From Octopus sinensis (Eukaryota), in NCBI RefSeq assembly GCF_006345805.1, contig NW_021828488.1, forward strand, positions 1-8,184: a stretch of 8,184 bases of DNA, read 5' to 3'. The position numbers and the translations under genes are program-made. How positions within the stretch are numbered: the first letter of the stretch is position 1; the number at the start of each line of letters is the position of its first letter. The notes beneath the pieces were generated by a model that saw only the letters and a list, made by a program, of their open reading frames with translations, was not told where the DNA came from and did not search any database. Below are positions 1 to 6,777 of the stretch, piece by piece.

Positions 1-178
1 CAAACATAATTTTCGTTTTTTTTTAGACATTCACTAGTACAACACTTAATACAAAACCAAATATATGGCACACAAGGCATAACAACATCACGAACTTCCA
101 ACCTGTTGTCTCTTGCGGTCTCTGGGTGAGACTTGGAGCCAACTTGTACAAATATAAAGCAAAAGTCAAACATAGAAT
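1..178 (+). mobile_element. Putative 3' end (3' UTR) of a non-LTR retrotransposon, possibly R4/Dong clade, ending in an (AAT)n tract
   Basis: Non-simple sequence ends abruptly in agaataatgatgataataataaa (~174-196). The segment gtctctgggtgagacttggagcc...gtcaaacatag resembles, from memory, the 3' end of TAA-targeting R4/Dong elements. No coding part is in the window, which truncates it on the left. Confidence 0.35.
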
Positions 179-195
179 AATGATGATAATAATAA

Positions 196-730
196 ATGTC
201 CTGATGCAGTACCAGGCAGTAGCTCTCGTGGCTGGAAGTGTTATCATGTACATTTTGTCTTGGTATAAAAGATTGGCTACAGCAAATATTCTGCTCAAAA
301 CCACAGATTTGCTTGTCAGTTGTTTGACCTTAACCAGTTGAGCATGTCCCTTAGTGGCTGACGATATGTGCATCTCTGATCATGAGCAGAAGTAGTGGGG
401 GAGCATCATAGCCGTGTGTTCAAAGGAATTCTTTGAGGTTTGGATAATTCACCTTTGGAAACAGGAGTGGTTCGTTCAACATCCTTACACAACCCTTATT
501 CAGGGACCTTTTGAGCGGATGGGTTACTCGACCAGAAGAAAATTCTAACTGGGCCCCACCTGCAAGGTCATGCGCTGTTTATCTTGATATGAGATCACCA
601 TGTCGCGCACATCTGGTTGTGATGCATGTGCCTGGTGTACCCTTATCAGACGGGTAGTCATGATGGGTATACTGGACTTTGTATATTTTACCTCAGTGTC
701 ACTTTGATGGCATGCACTGCTCTCTCACTC
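196..730 (+). mobile_element. Dispersed repeat 'element A', copy 1 (~535 bp, non-autonomous, no credible ORF, flanked by AAT repeats)
   Basis: Colinear with 2912-3467 (about 8 mismatches in 60 nt over 301-360). Both copies end in ctctcactc followed by (AAT)n. Strand inferred only from hairpins that need G-U pairs. Confidence 0.85.
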
Positions 731-754
731 AATAATAATAATAATAATAATAAT
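731..754. repeat. (AAT)8 microsatellite between element A and SINE B
   Basis: Read directly. Confidence 0.95.
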
Positions 755-757
755 AGC

Positions 758-968
758 AATCCTTTCTACTAAAGGCACAAGGTCTGGAATTTTGTAGTGA
801 AGGGACTTGTCGACTACATCGACTACAGCGTTTCACTGATTCTTAATTTATCGACCCTGAAAAAAGAACAACGGCAAAGTCGACCTTGGCGGAATTTGAA
901 CTCAACGTAATACCGCGAAAAATTTCGTGGTGTTACGTGCTAATGATTCCGCCAGTTGGCAGCCCTTA
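758..968 (-). mobile_element. tRNA-derived SINE family B, diverged near-complete copy
   Basis: B-box GAGTTCAAATTCC on the minus strand (891-903). Shares ggcaaagtcgacct(c/t)ggcggaatttgaactc and the tail cctttctactaaaggcacaagg with copies at 3485-3882 and 4032-4226, and has an (ATT)n tail. The central domain resembles the Meta/MESC SINE domain from memory. Confidence 0.85.
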
Positions 969-986
969 GAATAAGTATAAAATAAG

Positions 987-1591
987 AATAATAATGGCTT
1001 CAGATTTTGGTAGAAGGCGAGTAGTGTCGGGTGGAAGGGGCTAAGCTGACTACATCGACCCCAGTGGTCAACTCTTTTACTTTTTTCAGTCATTTAACTG
1101 CGGCCATGCTGGAGCACCGCATTTAGTCGGGCAAATCGACCCCGGGACTTATTCTTTGTAAGCCCAGTACTTATTCTATCGATCCATTTTTGCCGAACCG
1201 CTAAGTGACGGGGACGTAAACACACCAGCATCGGTTGTCAAGCAATGCTAGGGGGACAAACACAGACACGCAAACGTATACACAAACATACACATTCTTT
1301 CAGTTTCCGTCTACCAAATCCACTCACAAGACTTTGGTCGGCCCGAGGCTACAGTAGAAGACACTTGCCCAAGATGCCACGCAGTGGGACTGAAACCCGG
1401 AACCATGTGGCTGGTAAGCAAGCTCCTAACCACGCAGCCACCCCTGCGCCAACTAGTACCTTATTTTATCGGCCCCCTAATGTATGAAAGGCCAAGTCGA
1501 CCTCGGCGGAATTTGATCTCTAGTTTAAAGACAAAGTCCCGCTAAGCATTTTACCCACTATGCTAACGACACTGCCAGCTGGCCACCCTTA
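987..1591 (-). mobile_element. SINE family B copy with an alternative 3' tail, interrupted by SINE C (B parts: 987-1073 and 1451-1591)
   Basis: Joining tacatcgaccccagtggtcaact (ends 1073) to agtaccttattttatcggcccc (starts 1455) restores the B pattern. The head ends at ctgccagctggccaccctt (~1590). Confidence 0.8.
1071..1450 (-). mobile_element. tRNA-derived SINE family C (octopus OK/OR-type, CORE-like segment, internal TG/TA microsatellite), near full length
   Basis: Minus-strand head ggcgcaggggtggctgcgtggttagg, B-box-like tttcagtccc, CORE-like cttgggcaagtgtc, tail gtaaaagagt. Reverse complement of 4395-4793. Flanked by a (c)aact duplication. Confidence 0.9.
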
Positions 1592-1706
1592 ATATTGCCG
1601 TCTGTAACATATTGACACAAAAACGTTTCTGGAGCCCCTATGATGCGTACACGAAACAAGCCCCAAAGATGACGTATTGAAACCGCCGTTGTGAGAAAGC
1701 ATGGCT

Positions 1707-1759
1707 GTGCTCCAGTATGGTCATAGCCTAATGGCTAAAACCAGTAAAAGAGTTAAAGA
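1707..1759 (+). mobile_element. Isolated 3' tail fragment related to SINE C
   Basis: gtgctccagtatggtcatagcctaatggctaaaaccagtaaaagagttaaaga aligns with gtgctccagcatggccgcagtcaaatgactgaaacaaataaaagagtaaaaga at 4737-4789. Confidence 0.65.
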
Positions 1760-1857
1760 CCAAATGGTTACATGTTGTCAACGTTTCTGTTTGGTATTTT
1801 TTTTTTTTTTAGTTTTTAAAACAAAAAATTGCTTTTGTGTTTGTTTTGTCTCCTTAG

Positions 1858-1945
1858 TGGTTCATTCTGCCATCGGTCGTCGTCACATACGGTTTGCTCC
1901 TCGCATCCGCCTACTTCGAGTGTCTGCATTGTAGTATTACTTCAG
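1858..1945 (+). other. Candidate exon of an unidentified transcript
   Basis: Strong acceptor gcttttgtgtttgttttgtctccttag (AG at 1856-1857), CpG-rich unique sequence, weak donor CAG|gtcaaa. Phase-0 reading is WFILPSVVVTYGLLLASAYFECLHCSITS (hydrophobic); no family recognised. Confidence 0.3.
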
Positions 1946-1980
1946 GTCAAATAAACACTCAAGATTCTTTCAAAAACATC

Positions 1981-2069
1981 TTTTCTTCCTTCTCCTCTCC
2001 CTCTCCATTCTCTTTCTCTTCTTGCTTTTCTCTCTCTCTCACTCTCCTTCTCCATTCTCTTTCTCTTCC

Positions 2070-2103
<34 letters not shown>
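1981..2103. repeat. Polypyrimidine low-complexity tract, (CT)n/(TTTC)n
   Basis: Read directly. Confidence 0.9.
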
Positions 2104-2104
<1 letters not shown>

Positions 2105-2288
2105 ATCCCTTAGTTAAATATATATTTTTTAAAACTTTTTCAATACATAGCACTTTGAGGAGGACAGACAAAATAGTCAAGCGAAAACAAAAACACAAGT
2201 AAACAAATAAATAAATACAAAAAACCCACCAAAAGACAAAGCGTGGAGAGAATTAACAGATGCAATTTCCAAGATGGTGGCATGAGGG

Positions 2289-2340
2289 TATTATCCTAAG
2301 GAATGAGAAGTAAAGTCGAGCGACCTCATCGTGATATGAG
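2289..2340 (-). mobile_element. Highly degenerate SINE B central fragment
   Basis: ggaatgagaagtaaagtcga...cctcatcgtgatatga resembles aggatgaaaggcaaagtcgacctcggcggaatttga. Confidence 0.3.
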
Positions 2341-2591
2341 AAGAGGAAAACAGAACACCGTTTCACATTCAGTTCATATGTGAAAGCGACGTAACTAAAT
2401 ACCTATCAGATTACTGCCACCCGATCATCCCACTATCCCTTTAAAGAACGATCGAGATTCTGTGTTTTTGCACGCCCTGCTATAAACAGCAGCCACACCT
2501 GTCTCTGAAGGATGGGGGCTGTGAAAACCCCTCAGAGCGGTCACTTTATATTTATGCGATTGCTATAGTCAAAGTTATGTTGCATTTCAAG

Positions 2592-2697
2592 AAGAGGACG
2601 ACGACCGGTTTGGTTACTGCAAAGGCCGGCCAAAACCCACTGTTGCGGCAGTGGTGGGTTTTGGGAGAGGAAGTACCTTGTGGTTCCAGAAATGAAG
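2592..2697 (+). other. Candidate exon of an unidentified transcript (106 nt)
   Basis: Acceptor gttatgttgcatttcaag (AG at 2590-2591), donor AAG|gttagt (2698), GC-rich against its flanks. Two frames are open; no family recognised. Confidence 0.3.
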
Positions 2698-2719
2698 GTT
2701 AGTCGTTGTAATGTGTATA

Positions 2720-2853
2720 GTACTTTATTTTATCGACCCCGAATAAATGAAATACAAAGCAGACGTTGGTAGGAATTGCGCTTAGAACGCAATGACGAAC
2801 AAAATGTCGCTAAGCATTTTGCCCGGCGTGCTGACGATTCTGCAAGCTCGCCA
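2720..2853 (-). mobile_element. SINE family B, head plus central domain, diverged, tail missing
   Basis: tttatcgaccccgaa ... cgctaagcattttgcccggcgtgctgacgattctgcaagctcgcc matches 3756-3878. Confidence 0.8.
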
Positions 2854-2855
2854 AC

Positions 2856-2911
2856 GTCTTGGTAAAAAAGATGGACTACAGCAAATGCTGTGCTCAATAC
2901 CATAGGTTTGC
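2856..2911 (+). repeat. Extra copy of an internal segment of element A
   Basis: gtcttggtaaaaaagatggactacagcaaatgctgtgctcaataccataggtttgc matches 257-312 and 2994-3048. Confidence 0.85.
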
Positions 2912-3467
2912 CATGCTCATATGCAGTACCAGACACTGGCTCTCATGGCTTCTGATCTTAACTGATTGAAAGTCTTATCATGTACATGATTTTTCTTGGT
3001 ATAAAAGATGGTCTACAGCAAATATTCTGCTCAATACCACAGATTCGCTTGTTAGTTGGTTGACCTTAACTAGTTGAGCACATCCCCTAGTGACTGATGA
3101 TATGTGTATCTCTGATCACGAGCAGAAGTAGTGGGGGAGTATCATAGCCATGTGTTCAGAGGAATTCTTTGAGGTTTGAATAATTCACCTCTGGAAACAT
3201 GGATGTTTCTTTCAACGTCCTTAAACAACCCTCATTCAGGGAGCTTTTGAGCGGGCTAGGCTAGTCGACCTGAAGAAATTCTAACTAAGCCCCCACTTGC
3301 AAGGTCATGCACTGTTTATTTTGATATGAGATCCCTGTGTCGCGCACATATGGTTGTGATGCACGTGCCTGGTGTACCCTTATCAGACAGGTAGTCATAT
3401 TGGGCATACTGGTCTTCGTATATTTTACCCCAGTGTCACTTTGATGGCATGCATTGTTCTCTCACTC
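2912..3467 (+). mobile_element. Dispersed repeat 'element A', copy 2
   Basis: Colinear with 196-730. Contains 17 bp (tctgatcttaactgatt, 2951-2967) absent from copy 1. Followed by (AAT)5 at 3468-3482. Confidence 0.85.
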
Positions 3468-3484
3468 AATAATAATAATAATAT

Positions 3485-3882
3485 ACCTTTCTACTAAATG
3501 CACAAGGTTTGAAATTTTGGAGCAGGGGAGTAGTCGATTATATCGACCCCAGTACTCAGCTGGGTCTTAATTTATTGACCCCAAAAGAATGAAAGGCAAA
3601 GTCGACCTCGGCGGAATTTGAACTCAGATCATAAAGACAGACGAAATACCTGTTTCTTTACTACCCACAAGGGGCTAAACACAGAGAGGACAAACAAGGA
3701 CAGACAAACAGATTAAGTCGATTATATCGACCCCAGTACGTAACTGGTACATATTTAATCGACCCCGAAAGGATGAAAGGCAAAGTCGACCTCGGCGGAA
3801 TTTGAACTCAGAACGTAACGGTAGACGAAATACCGCTAAGCATTTCGCACGGCATGCTAACGTTTCTGCCAGCTCGCCGCCT
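3485..3882 (-). mobile_element. Dimeric SINE B: complete left monomer (3882-3651) fused to a right monomer lacking the A-box (3650-3485)
   Basis: Two B-boxes (3797-3809 and 3613-3625), two copies of atgaaaggcaaagtcgacctcggcggaatttgaactcaga, one head aggcggcgagctggcagaaacgttagc, and two different tails. Confidence 0.85.
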
Positions 3883-3883
3883 G

Positions 3884-3890
3884 AATAACA

Positions 3891-3953
<63 letters not shown>

Positions 3954-4031
3954 TAATAATAATAATAATAATAATAACAACAACAACAACAGCAACAACA
4001 ACAACAACAACATCAATAACAATAATGATAA
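3884..4031. repeat. Compound (AAT)n/(AAC)n microsatellite; expanded tail of the adjacent SINE B
   Basis: Read directly. Confidence 0.95.
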
Positions 4032-4226
4032 CCCTTTCTGCTAAAGGCACAAGGTCTGAAATTTTGAGGGAAGGGATGAGTCGATTACATCGACTCCAGT
4101 GTTTCACTGGTGCTTGTTATATCGACCCCGAAAGGATGAAAGGCAAAGTCGACCGCGGTGGAATTTGAACTCAAAACGCCAAGATGGACCAAATGCTGCT
4201 GAGCATTTTACCGGTTGTGCTAATGA
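4032..4226 (-). mobile_element. SINE family B, lacking ~20 nt of the 5' head
   Basis: B-box at 4160-4172, central atcgaccccgaaaggatgaaaggcaaagtcgacc, tail cctttctgctaaaggcacaagg. Confidence 0.85.
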
Positions 4227-4394
4227 AGATGATGAAGTTGAGAAGGATGAAGATGACGAGTAGGATTTGTTTTGAATGGCCCACAAAAAGCTGAAGATGT
4301 TTAGGACAGTAAATAAGGGGGCAGAAAAACGCAAACCAGAAGCCGGGCAATTCACATTGGCTAATAATAATATAAATAAAAATTTAAAGGATAC

Positions 4395-4793
4395 GTGTGG
4401 TAAGTAACTTGTTTACCAACCACATGGTTCCGGGTTCAGTCCCACTGCGTGGCAACTTGCGCAACTGTCTTCTACTATAGCCTCGGTCCGACCAAAGCCT
4501 TGTGAGTGGATTTGGTAGACGGAAACTGAAAGAAGACCGTCGTATATATGTATATATATGTATGTATGTGTGCGTGTATGTTTGTGTGTCTGTGTTTGTC
4601 CCCCTAGCATTGCTTGACAACCGATGCTCGTGTGTTTATGTCCCCGTTACTTAGCGGTTCGGCAAAAGAGACCGATAGAATAAGTACTGGGCTTACAAAG
4701 AATAAGTCCCGGGGTCGAGTTGCTCGATTAAAGGTGGTGCTCCAGCATGGCCGCAGTCAAATGACTGAAACAAATAAAAGAGTAAAAGAGTAA
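4395..4793 (+). mobile_element. SINE family C, slightly 5'-truncated
   Basis: B-box-like ggttcagtccc (4433-4443), internal TA/TG microsatellite (~4543-4594), tail taaaagagtaaaagagtaa. Reverse complement of 1071-1435. Confidence 0.9.
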
Positions 4794-4928
4794 TCAACAA
4801 GAATATAAAAAAAAACATCCTTGTTTAGACAACAATATCAATAACAATATAGAAGATGAGCCTTAAAATGGGTGGAAGCGTAGGGTGATTCGGGTCACTT
4901 CACATACACAACTCTGGATAACCTTGAG

Positions 4929-5060
4929 GGCACGGGCCACGAATTTTCATAGGAGAAAAACGGTCGATTAAATCACAGTAAGTGCTTTATTTAATTGATA
5001 CCGGAAGGATTAAAAAAAAACAAAAACAGTAAAGATTTCCTCAGTCGAGGTATTATGAAC
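4929..5060 (-). mobile_element. Old, degenerate SINE B copy
   Basis: Ordered remnants of B motifs: ggcacgggccacgaatttt, gtcgattaaatc, tatttaattgataccggaaggat, cctcagtcgaggtattatgaac. Confidence 0.5.
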
Positions 5061-5235
5061 ACAATGACAAAACCACCCTGATTACACCACCACCCCACAC
5101 ACTTTGTACCCCTTTCAAATGACCCATAAACCTCCGATAAATTATATCTTTGTCGAGTCGAAGATCCACCCTGATGTTTGTACACGGGCTGGTTAAATGT
5201 TCTAATTACAACAAAAAAGTTTATACAATGATTGC

Positions 5236-5632
5236 TGTCTGTCTGACTGTCTGTTTGACTGTCTGTCTGTCTGTCTGTCTCTCTGTCTGTCTCTCTCTCA
5301 CTCTCTCTCTCTCTCTCTCACTCTCTCTCTCTCTCTCTTTTGTTCCTTATGTCAATCTTCTCTTTCTCACTCTCTTACTCTGTCGATGTCTCAGTCATCC
5401 TCTCTCAGTGTGTCACTCTTTCTCTGTCTCTCCGTCTCTCCCTCTTTCTCTCCCGTATTACTCTCTGTTTTTTTCTCTCTCCCCATCACTTTCCCTCTTT
5501 CCCTCAGTCAGTTTGTCTCTGTCTCCCTGCCTGCCTGCCTGTCTGCCTGCCAGTCTGTCTGTCTGTCTCTCCCTCTCTCTCCCTCTCTCTCTTTCTCTCT
5601 CTCCCTCTCTCCCCCTCCCCACCCCCTCTCTC
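5236..5632. repeat. (GTCT)n/(CT)n/(GCCT)n compound pyrimidine-rich tract
   Basis: Read directly. Confidence 0.92.
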
Positions 5633-5735
5633 ACCGGCCATTAATTTGTTACTGATAGTTTTTCTTCCAGCTGTTGAAGTTCTAACTATTGTTCTTGTTG
5701 CTGACAGTTGTCAAGAATCGGTGTCCTCCTAGCGA

Positions 5736-5970
5736 CGGCGGTGGCAGTGTGGTGCCCGACTCACGATTGTAAGATTGCGGTTTCGATTCTTGGACCGGGC
5801 GATGCGTTGTGGCCTTGAGCAAAGCACTTCATTTCCTCTTGTTCCCGTCCACTCAGCTGGTAAAGTGAGTAATCCTTCAACGGAGCGGCGTCCCGTTCCG
5901 GAGGGTACATGGGCGCCACGGAAAACGGGAGACGGGTCCTGTGCTCCTTACGGAATAATGTGGACAAACC
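5736..5970 (+). mobile_element. Diverged tRNA-derived CORE-like SINE (family D)
   Basis: B-box-like ggtttcgattc (5779-5789), then gttgtggccttgagcaaagcacttcatttc...cagctggtaaagtgag, which resembles the CORE domain (tgtgaccttgggcaagtcactt...ctgtaaaatggg). Boundaries approximate. Confidence 0.7.
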
Positions 5971-5984
5971 AGTGATGATAGTGC

Positions 5985-6026
<42 letters not shown>
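5985..6026. repeat. (TAG)14 microsatellite
   Basis: Read directly. Confidence 0.95.
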
Positions 6027-6100
6027 CGTTTCTGCTATTGTTGCTGTTGTTGATGTCATTGTAATGGTTGTTATTCTTGTGTTGTAGAAGTTGCATAGTT

Positions 6101-6222
6101 GTGGCGGTGACGGCGGTGGTGGTAGTGGTGCTGGTGGTGGTGCTGTTGGTGGTAGTTGTGGTGGTGGTGGTGGTGGTGGTGGTGGTGGTGGTGGTTGTGG
6201 TGGTGGTGGTGGTGGTGGTTGT
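6101..6222. repeat. Imperfect (GGT)n microsatellite
   Basis: Read directly. Confidence 0.93.
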
Positions 6223-6249
6223 AGTGAAAGTGGTAAGTACCTCTCGGTG

Positions 6250-6765
6250 GAGAAGAGACAGAGATAGATACAGAGACAAAGAGAGAGGGAGAGAGAGAGA
6301 GAAAGTGAGGAAGTGAGTTTGAGAGGGAGTTTGAGAAAGAGAGAGACAGAAAAAAGGTGATGCACAATGAGAGATAGAGAGAGAGAGAGAGAGAGAGTGA
6401 GAGTGGGAATACAAAGATGGAGAGAGCAAGTGAAAGAAAATTAGAGACACAGTGAGTTAAGAGCGTTTGAGAGAGAGATAGATAAATAGATAGAGAGAGA
6501 GAGGGGGGAGATGGAGAAAGAGAGAGAGAGATGGAGAGAGAGAGAGAAGATATCTTACGAGAAGGAGGTTGGGAAAGAGAAGAGAGAGAATAAATTCAAA
6601 AGAAAGAAAACTGAGAATACATAGCAGAGAGAAAGAGAGAGAGAGAGAGAGAGAGGAAGAGAGACAAGAGGAAGGGGAGGAGGAGACAAAAGGAAGAGTT
6701 AGAAGAAAACAATGAAAATGACGATGATAATGATATAAGAAATAAAAGAAAAGAAAAGAAAAGGA
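6250..6765. repeat. GA-rich polypurine tract, (GA)n/(GATA)n/(AAAAG)n
   Basis: Read directly. Confidence 0.9.
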
Positions 6766-6777
6766 TGAAACGTAAGT

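Noticed and set aside
23-373. 116-aa minus-strand ORF and overlapping 71-aa plus-strand ORF
   Set aside because: They cross the junction of two repeats and an AAT tract, and the second A copy differs by a frame-changing 17-bp indel.
630-660. Hammerhead ribozyme core on the minus strand of element A (ctgataag)
   Set aside because: It reads CUGAUAA rather than CUGANGA, and no GAAA follows a stem II.
1890-1910. HDV-like ribozyme L3 motif (tcctcg)
   Set aside because: P3 loop length is wrong and I could not build P1, P2 or the J4/2 strand.
2361-2385. 8-bp inverted repeat tttcacat/atgtgaaa
   Set aside because: Short, AT-rich and without supporting context.
2480-2486. TATA box (tataaa)
   Set aside because: Isolated hexamer expected by chance in AT-rich DNA.
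2630-2680. Helitron 3' end or intrinsic terminator
   Set aside because: No CTRR follows the hairpin and no U-tract follows it; the context is eukaryotic.
3797-3882. tRNA gene
   Set aside because: A- and B-box-like motifs are present, but there is no cloverleaf and the sequence continues into a SINE body.
3675-4168. Poly-Leu/Tyr/Asn/Ile ORFs
   Set aside because: Produced by the (AAT)n/(AAC)n microsatellite.
1245-4620. ORFs with FRLPNPLTRLWS or EFKFRRGRLCLSSFRGR (1245-1487, 3675-4022, 4104-4355, 4384-4620)
   Set aside because: Translations of SINE B and C sequence; any database hits would probably be mis-annotated hypothetical proteins.
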